From a virus (Duplodnaviria; Caudoviricetes): a stretch of 57,275 nucleotides of DNA. The translations under genes were made by a program, and so were the position numbers. This document shows, one piece after another, positions 47,344 to 56,702 of the stretch. Positions within the stretch are counted from its first letter, which is position 1. Each line of letters begins with the position of its first letter. The notes below the pieces were generated by a model. That model did not search any database. It had not been told where the DNA came from and saw only the letters and a program-made list of their open reading frames with translations. The stretch lies in IMG/VR virus record IMGVR_UViG_3300020463_002067, positions 1 through 57,275 of that record, one strand, 5' to 3'.

Positions 47344-48777
47344 ATGGCTTCAGTATTGGCATTACTTGCAGGAACATTATATGGACTAATAATTGGCATC
47401 CTGCCTGGAGCAGGTGCAACTACAGGTTTAATATTTGTATTTTCATTTATTACATTGTTTCCAGACCCTTACCTAGCAGTAATATTTGTTATGGCAGTTG
47501 TAGCCGCAAGTACAACAGGTGATACTTACACAGGTGTGCTATTAGGCATACCAGGTGCAAACTCTGCCGCGGCAACAATGATAGATGGATTTCCATTAGC
47601 ATTACAAGGTAAAGCAACTTATGCAATCAGTTCAGCAGTTACAACAAGCACACTTAACGGTTTGTTATGGGGATCGTTAACTTTCTTTTTGCTACCATAT
47701 TACACACAACTAATAATGATTTTTGGTGTTCCTGAACTATGGGCATTCACAATGTTAGCATTAGTTTGTGTTACATTTGTTACAAACAAATTTTGGTTTA
47801 GAAGTTTGTTAGCACTATGTATAGGATTGTTTGTAGGATTAATTGGAGTTGATCCTAGCACCAATGCAGATAGATGGACAGGTGGCTGGGAGTATCTGGG
47901 AGACGGCGTACAACTTATGCCTTTGGTTGCTGGACTATTTGCAATACCAGAACTACTTGATGGCCTAAAGCAAAGAACAAACACAAGCATGGTAGCACTT
48001 GCAAATGGCAAACAAACCAAAGAAGGTATATTAGCTGTTTGGCATAATAAGTGGGACGCTATGCGAGGCGGATTCATTGGAGCCTTTATAGGATTACTAC
48101 CAGGACTAGGAGGTGCAGTTGCAGACTGGATGGCTTATAGTTCTACAGTTGCAAGCCACCCTAAAGATAAATTTGGTAATGGTAATATCAAAGGAGTAAT
48201 AGGACCTGAAGGAGCCAACAATGCACAAAAGGCAACCTCTATGATTCCTACAGTATTATTTGGAATACCAGGAGCAAGTTTTGCGGCCATTGTAATTGGA
48301 CTATTTGCATATTTGGACTTTGAATTAGGTACCTTAGAGCTTGCAAATGATGCCAAATTCTTCGATAGTATGTTATACGGGTTTATGCTCGCAACCGTGC
48401 TTGTAGGCGCTATATGCTTGTTTACGACACCAATTATAGCACGAATAGCACAAATACCTTACAAATATTACTTCCCATTATTGTTAGGATTTATAGTACT
48501 TGCATGTGTTCAATACACTGGAGGTTGGGAAGATTATTTCATGCTTTTGGTATGTAGTATAGTAGGACTACTTGCCAAGCGATACAAATTTAGCAGACCT
48601 GCCCTGCTATTTGCATTTATTCTATCTGATAGAATAGAAGCACTTACAGTACAAATGACAGGACTTTATACAGTTGAAAAACTGTTAGACAAACCAATAT
48701 TCCTCGGTTTATGTGTTGCAATAGGTGTAACACTAATATGGGGATTAACATCAAAAAGGAAAATAAACTATGCGTAA
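47344..48777 (+). CDS. tctA: tripartite tricarboxylate transporter large permease TctA
   Basis: Highly hydrophobic; GILPGAG, LLGIPGANSAAATMIDGFPLALQGKA, GLFAIPE, IGLLPGLG, GPEGANNA, PTVLFGIPG. Confidence 0.93.
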   Translation: MASVLALLAGTLYGLIIGILPGAGATTGLIFVFSFITLFPDPYLAVIFVMAVVAASTTGDTYTGVLLGIPGANSAAATMIDGFPLALQGKATYAISSAVTTSTLNGLLWGSLTFFLLPYYTQLIMIFGVPELWAFTMLALVCVTFVTNKFWFRSLLALCIGLFVGLIGVDPSTNADRWTGGWEYLGDGVQLMPLVAGLFAIPELLDGLKQRTNTSMVALANGKQTKEGILAVWHNKWDAMRGGFIGAFIGLLPGLGGAVADWMAYSSTVASHPKDKFGNGNIKGVIGPEGANNAQKATSMIPTVLFGIPGASFAAIVIGLFAYLDFELGTLELANDAKFFDSMLYGFMLATVLVGAICLFTTPIIARIAQIPYKYYFPLLLGFIVLACVQYTGGWEDYFMLLVCSIVGLLAKRYKFSRPALLFAFILSDRIEALTVQMTGLYTVEKLLDKPIFLGLCVAIGVTLIWGLTSKRKINYA

Positions 48778-49816
48778 ATTATTATTAGGACTAGTATTTG
48801 CAATGTTTACTTCGGTAGCATATGCAGATTATACAATGGTTGTACCGCAAAAGCCGGGTGGTGGTACAAGTGTTTGGGCAGAGATTGTTGCTAAAGAACT
48901 TGAAAAGTATCTTGGTGAAAATATCAATATCAAACATATTCCCGGAGCGAGAGATATTCCAGGATTTAACAAATGGCACAACGAAATGCGTGATGACGAT
49001 AAAGTAATTATGGTATCACATGGTGGTAACGGTGTTGCTTTTTTACAAGAAGAAGTTGACTATGATTACCGTCAGTACGAAAGTATCGGACTTATGAATC
49101 TTAACATTATTGCAGGTAAACGTGTCGGTGAAGATATGACAACTCCTAGCTTTGCGGCGGGTAGTGGTCAAACACCAGAAGCGTATGCAATGGCAATGTT
49201 AATTTGTGGTCCAAGCCATTATGGTGTTGCATATTACGCAACATGTTTTAAGAAAAAAGTAAAATGGATTAAAGGTATGGGCGGAAGTGAAAGACGTCTT
49301 GCTTTTAAACGAGGTGAGCTAACCGGTACAAGAGAAAATCCTGCGGCATACAAAAAGCATGTTGAGCCAGACTCAAATGCAGAAATTTGGTTCCATCATG
49401 GTATCCTACAAGCAGACGGATCACATAAAGACGATCCTAACTATCCAGGCTTTCAGTTTGAAGAACTATACAAGCAAAAGTGGGGAGCATATCCTGTAGG
49501 TGAAATGTATGATGCTTACAAACTTGTAAAAAGTTTTAGAGACGGAATGCAAAAAGCATTGTGGGTAAACCAAGGCAATCCTAATGCAAAAAAATTACAA
49601 GATGCATTAACGGAAATGTCTAACAATGCAGAAAGTCGTGCTATTATCGAAAAGAAAGTTGGAAAGTATGAATGGCTAATTGGCGAAGAAGGCAATGCCC
49701 ATAGAGATACATTAATGACTTTTGTTACACCTGAAGCGTTGGAGGATTTAGTTTGGTTTAATATAGAAGCACTTGGTTTAAAAAGTGTATTCAAGATTGA
49801 GCTGGCACTAAAATGA
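48770..49816 (+). CDS. tctC: tripartite tricarboxylate transporter substrate-binding protein TctC/Bug-like
   Basis: Signal peptide (MRKLLLGLVFAMFTSVAYA), MVVPQKPGGGTSVWAEIVAKELEKYLG...IPGA, GGSERRLAFKRGEL; adjacent to tctA. Confidence 0.82.
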   Translation: MRKLLLGLVFAMFTSVAYADYTMVVPQKPGGGTSVWAEIVAKELEKYLGENINIKHIPGARDIPGFNKWHNEMRDDDKVIMVSHGGNGVAFLQEEVDYDYRQYESIGLMNLNIIAGKRVGEDMTTPSFAAGSGQTPEAYAMAMLICGPSHYGVAYYATCFKKKVKWIKGMGGSERRLAFKRGELTGTRENPAAYKKHVEPDSNAEIWFHHGILQADGSHKDDPNYPGFQFEELYKQKWGAYPVGEMYDAYKLVKSFRDGMQKALWVNQGNPNAKKLQDALTEMSNNAESRAIIEKKVGKYEWLIGEEGNAHRDTLMTFVTPEALEDLVWFNIEALGLKSVFKIELALK

Positions 49817-50499
49817 AAATAGTAATATCGCATGGTAGCGGGGGGATCAGCTCTGCTGAAACCTTCGCTCGAGATTTCTTTGAAAGTAAAGGTTACGAAG
49901 TACATCTAATCGATTACTTTACTCCACACGGAATCACAAACCTATGGTGGAGTGATGGTCAGTGGCAAGATGAACATGATTGCACATTTAGTGAAATGTT
50001 CAATGTTAACTTTCCTCAAGGTGATCTTATACATATAGGATTTAGTTTAGGTGCATTCTTAGGTATTGTTCATCACAAAAAGTTTTTGAAAAATTATCTA
50101 TTTTATCCTGGCTGTATTGCTATTTCAGAATCTATGCTTGATGTAGATTACAGCAATGCAGTGGTAATATCTGGTACAGAAGATAATGGACAAAATAAGT
50201 ATAAAATTTTTAGAGACATGTTAAAACATCCACCTTTGAAACATTATGAATTACCTGGAGTACATCATGCATTTATGGTAAGCGATATTGATAGATCATT
50301 TCATATGGTTAGATATGGTAACAAAGGAGAAGTGATGAATCAACAAGAGTTTGATCAACTCAAACCTAATCATAAATATTTAAGTGAACGTTATGGTTAC
50401 ACGATAGAACCTACAACATTGAGATCGCATAATAAATATAGATTACAATATCTAAATATGATTGAAGAGGAAATACGTGAGTATCGTACTAAAGTTTGA
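49813..50499 (+). CDS. alpha/beta hydrolase, dienelactone-hydrolase-like
   Basis: HGSGG, IGFSLGA (GxSxG), FYPG, SGTED, GVHHAF give a plausible Ser-Asp-His triad. Confidence 0.8.
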   Translation: MKIVISHGSGGISSAETFARDFFESKGYEVHLIDYFTPHGITNLWWSDGQWQDEHDCTFSEMFNVNFPQGDLIHIGFSLGAFLGIVHHKKFLKNYLFYPGCIAISESMLDVDYSNAVVISGTEDNGQNKYKIFRDMLKHPPLKHYELPGVHHAFMVSDIDRSFHMVRYGNKGEVMNQQEFDQLKPNHKYLSERYGYTIEPTTLRSHNKYRLQYLNMIEEEIREYRTKV

Positions 50500-51643
50500 A
50501 GACGGAAAGTCGTATACAAAAGAAGAGTTTGATAAAATTTCAAACGTATACGCAGAAGAATTAAAAAACGCAGGATACGACAGAACTTGTCGTATCGGCA
50601 TTTACAGCGACTGGAATAATATTTTTAAAATATTTGGTGCTATGCAAGTATGCAGTCCTGTAATAGTAGATAAAGATTCTAAAACTTTTGAATTAGATTT
50701 TTACGATATAGATATATGGAGCGATAGTATACCAGCACCAAGATTTAATCAGTGCAAAGAAGATGAAGTAGCAGGTATATGTTCTAGTGGTAGTACTGAT
50801 AAACCTCGTATTGTTCCGATTACAAGACAACAATACGATATTGATGGTTTAGATAATAATATTCAACTACATGCAAATCTTACAGATAAAGATAGTACTG
50901 TAAACTTTATTCCTTATTGGGTATGTATAGGATTTCAAACGTTCTGTGCCTGTTATAAATATGGAGCAACATATCATGTACTAAAAGATCCTTGGAAGTA
51001 TTGGCCTAAAGTACGGCCTACATTTGTTATAGGTAGTCCTAATGTGTTAAGGGGAATGATGGATCCTAGTGTTCCTTACGATAATATGACACTAAGACAC
51101 ATTAGAACTGTAGGTGCTCCAATGTATAAGGATCTAAAAATAAAAGCTCAACAGTTTTTTAATTGCTTAACAACAGATAGTTATGGTGTAAATGAATTAG
51201 GTACAATTAGCATTATGCATTATCCACAAAAATATAATAGTGTTGGTTATTTGTTAGAAGGTATGAATGTTACTTTTGGAGATGACAAAGAAATAATTGT
51301 AAACGGATTTGCTACAGGTGATTTAGGGCATATAGATGAAGATGGATTTTTATTCATTACAGGAAGAAAAAAAGAAATTATAATTAAAGGCGGCTGGAAA
51401 ATTATGCCGTATGAAGTTGAAAAAGCATTGTTAGAGTGCGGTGCTCAAGATGCTATTGTATTTGGTTACGATAATGTATATGCTGAAGTAGTAGGCAAAG
51501 TTGATATAGAAATGTTAAAACAAAAGCTAGTACGGTATAAGATACCTAAAATATTTACTGTTGATACTATTAAAAGAAAAGGTCAAGGTAAAATAAATAG
51601 AAAAGATTTGTATAATGCCTATATCGAAAATAGAAAAATCTGA
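50477..51643 (+). CDS. acyl-CoA synthetase-like adenylate-forming enzyme
   Basis: CSSGSTDKPR, YGVNE, FATGDLGHIDEDGFLFITGRKKEIIIKGG, PYEVE, YKIPK, GKINRK. GTG 50477 follows GAGG. Confidence 0.88.
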   Translation: MSIVLKFEDGKSYTKEEFDKISNVYAEELKNAGYDRTCRIGIYSDWNNIFKIFGAMQVCSPVIVDKDSKTFELDFYDIDIWSDSIPAPRFNQCKEDEVAGICSSGSTDKPRIVPITRQQYDIDGLDNNIQLHANLTDKDSTVNFIPYWVCIGFQTFCACYKYGATYHVLKDPWKYWPKVRPTFVIGSPNVLRGMMDPSVPYDNMTLRHIRTVGAPMYKDLKIKAQQFFNCLTTDSYGVNELGTISIMHYPQKYNSVGYLLEGMNVTFGDDKEIIVNGFATGDLGHIDEDGFLFITGRKKEIIIKGGWKIMPYEVEKALLECGAQDAIVFGYDNVYAEVVGKVDIEMLKQKLVRYKIPKIFTVDTIKRKGQGKINRKDLYNAYIENRKI

Positions 51644-52598
51644 TTGGTACGAAGATTATATCGTACATTGGCGCCCTACTGACATGTGTAATTATGATTG
51701 TAGTTACTGTGAACCTAGTAACCATCTAGCAATTAATAAAGCAAAGTTACCAGATGTAAATGATTTAATTAAAGCATCGAAAAAAATTAGAGATGCTGTT
51801 CCTGCTGACAAATCTGTATTAGTTTATATAACAGGCGGAGAACCGTTTTTAATAAAAGATGTACATAAATGGTTTAACTATATGGGCGAAAACGGAATGC
51901 GTGTTGGTATATTTACAAACGGCAGTTTACCGTTACGTGTATACGATTACAGTAAAGAGTCTTTCCAGAACATTAATATTAAAATAAGTTTCCATCCTGA
52001 AAGTGCTGATATAGATAAAATAGTTAACTTTGTTAACATGATTAAAGACAATAACGGTAATGTTGAAGTAAGGGCAATGTTAGCACAGAGGTTGTTTGAT
52101 AAGATATTTGAACTTGAAAAGAAACTAAAAGATACACCTATATATAAAATTCCTGTTAATCCGTTGTACAATAAAAAAACAAAAGTTACTAATCAAACAT
52201 TTGAGTCCAGTAGAGATTTAAAAGGTTATCATCAGAGATTAGATAATGGTGATTTAAATTATTATACTAAAGAAGAACTAGAATTTATAGAAACACTTGA
52301 TCAAGAAAAACCCGCATACCTAAACTTTACAGTAGACGATACAATACAAACTAATGCTATTGATTTTTTACAAAAAAGAACTAATAAGTTCTTTGGTTGG
52401 AAATGTGGTATTACAAATAAGAAAATTCTAATTCAAGCAAACGGAGACGTTCAGTACGGAACATGTGCAAATACAGGTATTGTGGGAAATATATTTGAAA
52501 AAGATTTAAAACTTTTTAATGAAGAATGGACTATCTGTGGTAAAGAAGTTTGTACTACACTTGATGAAATAATGATTACTAAGTTTAAATTAAGTTAA
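51615..52598 (+). CDS. radical SAM protein with C-terminal SPASM/Twitch-like domain
   Basis: CNYDCSYC, ITGGEP, FTNG, ISFHP; C-terminal C...GDV..TC...GNI...C....C. Confidence 0.9.
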   Translation: MPISKIEKSDWYEDYIVHWRPTDMCNYDCSYCEPSNHLAINKAKLPDVNDLIKASKKIRDAVPADKSVLVYITGGEPFLIKDVHKWFNYMGENGMRVGIFTNGSLPLRVYDYSKESFQNINIKISFHPESADIDKIVNFVNMIKDNNGNVEVRAMLAQRLFDKIFELEKKLKDTPIYKIPVNPLYNKKTKVTNQTFESSRDLKGYHQRLDNGDLNYYTKEELEFIETLDQEKPAYLNFTVDDTIQTNAIDFLQKRTNKFFGWKCGITNKKILIQANGDVQYGTCANTGIVGNIFEKDLKLFNEEWTICGKEVCTTLDEIMITKFKLS

Positions 52599-53712
52599 CC
52601 CAACCGCCGTTTTCATAACCTTGGAATTTGTTATCTGAAGTATTGTAGATAACCATACCATTTGCGGCTGTAAGTGCATCACGTTCAGTAGTAGTTAAAG
52701 AACCAAACTGAATAAATCCAGTTGCTCTTGCATTACCATTTACATGTAATTTTTCAAGTGGTCTAGGTAATCCAATACCTAAGTTACCTGAACTATTAAA
52801 TGTCATTAAGTTATTTAAATTACCTGAACTGTTTGCTGTAATTAAATTAATTCTTCCTGGAACTACGTTTGATGCCACTGTAGCATCTAGATCAACTGCA
52901 ACTCTTATCATACCTGCAAGTTTATAATCTGAGCCATCATGGCCCATACCGTGCAAGTCCATAAGTCCGTCACCTGTTGTGCTACCAACACTTGCTGTTG
53001 GAGCCGCCGCTGTACCATTGGAAGACTTAACAATAATTTTAGGTCCTGTTGATGCTCCTCCTGCTATACCAATAAGAACCAATCCTGAGTTATCGCTTGC
53101 CGCTGTTACTTTAATTTCTTTTGTAGTCGTAATAGCGTCAGCAACTATAGATGGAGATTCAATATTAGCAAGTACTCTTTTGCCTACTGAATCAATCATC
53201 ACACTTGAATCATCTGAAAATACACTACCTAGCATATCGCCAAGTAAGTTACCAGTTACATTACCAAAGTGTGTTCCTGTAGTATTTCCTACTACGTTAC
53301 CTGTTACTGAACCAACTACATCACCTGTTAAGTTACCAACTAGGTTAGTTGCTGTTACTGAGCTTGTTTCTACAGGGCCTACAATTTTGCCATTGATTGC
53401 GTCAACTAGGAGCGTTGAATCGTCTGCATAAATGTTACCTCTTACGTCTACTGCTGGGTTATCTGTTGCGGCCCAGTTTGATCCATTGTATACTAGGATC
53501 TGATCGTTCTGTGCGGCTAACGCTTGTACGTTGCCTAAATCTTCTAAATTCTGTGTTGATACAGATACTGGAGTTCCGCCTGTCGTAGCGCCATCTCCTA
53601 CAAATACTTCTTTGCTGTCTGTTGTGTAAACAAGCTCACCTTCAGCTGGTACATAACCTGGACTGGTTTGTAATGCTGTTTTAGTGCCTCGTTTGATTCG
53701 TAAAGTACCCAT
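52585..53712 (-). CDS. virion fibre/spike-like protein with an Mtd-N-like N-terminal domain
   Basis: LRIKRGT...GELVYTTDSKEVFVGDG.T.GG N-terminus; GNLTGDVVGSVTGNVVG repeats; GNLGIG..P.EKLHVNG; C-terminal LTTTERDAL..NGMVIYNT...FQGY..GW. Confidence 0.72.
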   Translation of the reverse strand: MGTLRIKRGTKTALQTSPGYVPAEGELVYTTDSKEVFVGDGATTGGTPVSVSTQNLEDLGNVQALAAQNDQILVYNGSNWAATDNPAVDVRGNIYADDSTLLVDAINGKIVGPVETSSVTATNLVGNLTGDVVGSVTGNVVGNTTGTHFGNVTGNLLGDMLGSVFSDDSSVMIDSVGKRVLANIESPSIVADAITTTKEIKVTAASDNSGLVLIGIAGGASTGPKIIVKSSNGTAAAPTASVGSTTGDGLMDLHGMGHDGSDYKLAGMIRVAVDLDATVASNVVPGRINLITANSSGNLNNLMTFNSSGNLGIGLPRPLEKLHVNGNARATGFIQFGSLTTTERDALTAANGMVIYNTSDNKFQGYENGGWVNLI

Positions 53713-53739
53713 GTAATGCTCCTAATTCATTGTTACATG

Positions 53740-53747
53740 TATTTATA
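53740..53747 (-). promoter_or_regulatory. T4 late promoter consensus TATAAATA
   Basis: TATTTATA on + strand; perfect match upstream of an AGGAG RBS and the start at 53712. Confidence 0.7.
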
Positions 53748-53764
53748 TCAAAACAACGATATCC

Positions 53765-54079
53765 TTACTTTTTCTTTTTAGTAGGATTCTTCAAAAAAGC
53801 TCTAGTTTGCTTTTGAACATCGCGTTTTACTTTTGTTGTATTAAGCCTAAAGTCTACATGTATAATATCATCGCCGTATTCGTTAAATAAATCGGCGATA
53901 GTATCGTCTAAATTAGCACCTGTGCTACGTTTAGCATTACAATCTATTTCCCATATTTTACCTTTTTTAAACTCGATACGTATCGAATGAAGATAATTTA
54001 TAGGTATAGTCTGTATATCTATATCTTTAAAAACTTCAGGCCAGTGTCTAATTACATCATCAGGTAGTGGCTTTGGCAC
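53765..54079 (-). CDS. hypothetical phage protein
   Basis: 104 aa, WPEVF motif, basic C-terminus; overlaps the upstream gene. Confidence 0.7.
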   Translation of the reverse strand: MPKPLPDDVIRHWPEVFKDIDIQTIPINYLHSIRIEFKKGKIWEIDCNAKRSTGANLDDTIADLFNEYGDDIIHVDFRLNTTKVKRDVQKQTRAFLKNPTKKKK

Positions 54080-54719
54080 TGGTTTTCTTCTTTACAGTCG
54101 GAACAAGCTCTTCTGCCTGTGCTCTAAGTGCCTTTGCTTCTTTGTACAACCTGTCAGCATCGCTACGATATTTTGCGGCTAAGTCTGCATCAGTTAGCAC
54201 ACCATCTGTTGGTGCTTGTAAATTAGCGGCCTTTGCTTCAGCAACTACGTTTGGATTTGTAGTCTTTGGCATTTCGCTAACACTACCAGCTTCGGTCATT
54301 GTTGTACCTGCAGGTAATTCGTTAGGATCCTTCATTGCTAAGTCAGCAATAGTAACACCTTTTTGCTCGGCGATAATTTTATTAAGTTCATCTAAACCGA
54401 TTGTAGTTGCAGTGTTAGGAGTCATTTCAACTTCAGACATTGGCATTGATTGCAATTTGCCTGTAGAATGAAATCTTGCTAACATATTAGCACCATCACT
54501 AAGTTGTGTTCTTGCCATAACTTCAGCAAATTCAAATGCTGTCTGTGCTGAGTTACCTTCAACAGTTTTAATTAAAGTATCATGATCGGCATCAGATAAT
54601 GTAGCAGTATCAATTACTAAAGAATTTGCAGGAGGATTTTCTCCTGGAATTACTCTGTATGCTACTACAACCTTACGGTTATTTTTCTTAAGTCTGCCTA
54701 CGTGTTTAATTTCGGCCAT
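54060..54719 (-). CDS. hypothetical phage protein
   Basis: 219 aa, KHVGRLK N-terminus, helical C-terminus; AGGAG RBS, TAATG coupling. Confidence 0.75.
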   Translation of the reverse strand: MAEIKHVGRLKKNNRKVVVAYRVIPGENPPANSLVIDTATLSDADHDTLIKTVEGNSAQTAFEFAEVMARTQLSDGANMLARFHSTGKLQSMPMSEVEMTPNTATTIGLDELNKIIAEQKGVTIADLAMKDPNELPAGTTMTEAGSVSEMPKTTNPNVVAEAKAANLQAPTDGVLTDADLAAKYRSDADRLYKEAKALRAQAEELVPTVKKKTSAKATT

Positions 54720-55015
54720 TACTTGTCTCCTTTAGGTGCTTCTGCTGGAGTTCCTTCTTTTTTGGCATCTTCTTCTGCCTTCTGAACTGTTTGCAAGAAA
54801 GCATCTAGTTTGTTAAATGTTTTACCAACTGCTTCCATTTCGTTGGCCTTGAATGCGCCTCTTTGCGATGCAACATCAATAATAGATCTTAGTACTCCAA
54901 GATCTTGTACAGTAAGTTCAACCGGTGCAGTTGATACACCTGCGTTTGGTGTTTGACCTGCCGGTGCCGCTGTCGGCGCCGCTTGAGCTCCTGCTGTTTT
55001 AGTTTCTTCTGACAT
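54719..55015 (-). CDS. small hypothetical phage protein
   Basis: 98 aa; core LTVQDL...IIDVASQRGAFKANEMEAVG..FNKL with Ala/Pro-rich ends; AAGGAG RBS. Confidence 0.75.
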   Translation of the reverse strand: MSEETKTAGAQAAPTAAPAGQTPNAGVSTAPVELTVQDLGVLRSIIDVASQRGAFKANEMEAVGKTFNKLDAFLQTVQKAEEDAKKEGTPAEAPKGDK

Positions 55016-55052
55016 ATTCTTTACTCCTTGTATGTATTATATATGCACTTAA

Positions 55053-55060
55053 TATTTATT
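55053..55060 (-). promoter_or_regulatory. T4-late-like promoter AATAAATA
   Basis: TATTTATT on + strand overlapping the upstream stop codon; upstream of the 55015 start. Confidence 0.45.
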
Positions 55061-55337
55061 TGTACTTCAAAAGTGGACACGCCAAAACGAAATATGAAAG
55101 TTCTTTTGGGTCTTCAAACCCAGCTCTAAGTACGGTTTCTATCTTGTTTTCTTTGGTTAGTCCTATTACTTTCTTTAAAAAGTATCTCTTTTTTAGATTT
55201 GTATCTATCCATTTAGAGATAGCAGTCTCCATATTGTAGGTATGTGATAGATCAATTGTAGCGAGATGTGAAGGCTCATAAGATAGCCTTCTTATTTCAA
55301 AAAAGTCTTGAGCTGAAACTCTATCTTTAACGATCAA
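55056..55337 (-). CDS. hypothetical phage protein
   Basis: 93 aa, TTG start with GAGGAGG RBS; GFEDPKELSYFVL C-terminal motif. Confidence 0.7.
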   Translation of the reverse strand: MIVKDRVSAQDFFEIRRLSYEPSHLATIDLSHTYNMETAISKWIDTNLKKRYFLKKVIGLTKENKIETVLRAGFEDPKELSYFVLACPLLKYK

Positions 55338-56629
55338 CGTGCCTCCTCATAGTGAGCAGTTACACCAAATGGTGCTTTAGTATTCTTATCGTGATGACCA
55401 TGTATAATGAATACTGTTTCACAGTAGTCTTCGTCACCCCAACTACCAAATGGATAACCATCTGTAAACATAATAAACTTTTTAGGAGTAATGTTATTTT
55501 CTTTCATATACTCCCAATTACAATCAAAGTCAGTACCGCCGCCGCCTTGTACATCATAATCTAAAAGATTCTCGCCACCGTCACCAGTAAAGTCTGCTTC
55601 GTTGTATACGGCAGTATCAAAACACCATAACTTAATATTATAGTCTTTGTATTCGTCCATAATACCTTTTATTTCTGACAGGAATACTTTTGCTTGACTA
55701 TCGCCAATACTACCACTCATATCAATTCCTATAGACACATCAATAGTATCCATAAAGTTCATACCTGGAAGAACTGCACCAGTATGCCAACCTTTACGTG
55801 AAGGACGACTAAATGTATAATCGTTTCTAATTGTAGATTGTATTTGTTGACGTAACAGTTCACGCCAGTTCATTTTAGGTTCGGTTAATTCTTTAATAAT
55901 ACGTTGCACTTCTTTAGGTGTGTTACCAGCACCAGCCGCCTGTGCAGAACTTATCATATTTTCTTTGATCTCATCTCTAATTTTTTTAAGTTCTTCTTTA
56001 GTGTATGTAGGACGACCTTCACCTTTTCCTTCTTTTTTGCCTTTAGCACCTTTAGATCCTTTAGTTTCACCTTCTGGTGCTTGTTCCCAATCCACATGTT
56101 CATCAAGCAATTCACCAAGTGCTTCTAAATACTCTTGTCCATTCTTTTCGGCTTGATCAAATAGGTCATCGTATACAGCCTCTGACATCCAACCGTCGTA
56201 TTTGAAGTCTTGATAACATTTAACAATCTTAACCATCTCACCAATACGATCACGTACCAGTGTATTGTTTACGATGTAATCACATGCGATGTTGTGTAAT
56301 ATTGGAATACGATCTTCTCTACGTGTAATATGATCAAAAACACAATGTAAAATCTCGTGTGCGATTACAAATTCTATTTCCTTATTGCTCATAGCATTAA
56401 AGAATTGTGTATTATAAAATAAATGTCTTCCGTCTGTTGCGGCAGTAGGACACCAGTCATCACAGTTTTTAACAATAAGTCTAGTAGCCATATTACCAAA
56501 GAATGGATGTCTAAGCAGTAAACCAACACGAGCAACAATAATTCTATCAGCTACATCTACTCGCATTGCCGCAAGTTCTTCTGGTGTAATGTCTGGATTT
56601 GGTTGAAAACCTTTTGTATCTATGCCCAT
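55334..56629 (-). CDS. VWA-like domain putative metallopeptidase (DUF2201-like)
   Basis: TAATDG, AHEILH (HExxH), NIACDYIVN, WRELL, IDMSGS (MIDAS), GGGGTDF, FTDGY. Confidence 0.9.
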   Translation of the reverse strand: MGIDTKGFQPNPDITPEELAAMRVDVADRIIVARVGLLLRHPFFGNMATRLIVKNCDDWCPTAATDGRHLFYNTQFFNAMSNKEIEFVIAHEILHCVFDHITRREDRIPILHNIACDYIVNNTLVRDRIGEMVKIVKCYQDFKYDGWMSEAVYDDLFDQAEKNGQEYLEALGELLDEHVDWEQAPEGETKGSKGAKGKKEGKGEGRPTYTKEELKKIRDEIKENMISSAQAAGAGNTPKEVQRIIKELTEPKMNWRELLRQQIQSTIRNDYTFSRPSRKGWHTGAVLPGMNFMDTIDVSIGIDMSGSIGDSQAKVFLSEIKGIMDEYKDYNIKLWCFDTAVYNEADFTGDGGENLLDYDVQGGGGTDFDCNWEYMKENNITPKKFIMFTDGYPFGSWGDEDYCETVFIIHGHHDKNTKAPFGVTAHYEEAR

Positions 56630-56663
56630 ATTGTGTACTCCTTCAGTGCCTTATTGTTCTTAC

Positions 56664-56692
56664 AGTATACTATATTTAATATCATATGTCAA
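56664..56692 (-). promoter_or_regulatory. sigma70-type promoter TTGACA-N17-TATACT
   Basis: -35 TTGACA (56692-56687), 17-bp spacer, -10 TATACT (56669-56664), upstream of an AAGGAG RBS. Confidence 0.85.
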
Positions 56693-56702
56693 CAGTTTTG
56701 GT

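Noticed and set aside
47344-52598. Host chromosome flank or prophage boundary at tctA
   Set aside because: Phage-type genes and late boxes resume at 52585, gene packing and AT-richness look unchanged, and no integrase or att site is seen. A read-level check is still advisable.
28576-52598. RiPP cluster with a dedicated precursor peptide
   Set aside because: Despite SPASM-type radical SAM and flavoprotein genes, no leader-core precursor, YcaO or peptidase-exporter was recognised and intergenic space is minimal. Modification of virion proteins remains possible.
52585-53712. Diversity-generating retroelement target (Mtd-like N-terminus)
   Set aside because: No reverse transcriptase and no template/variable repeat pair seen in the window; similarity is limited to the N-terminal module.
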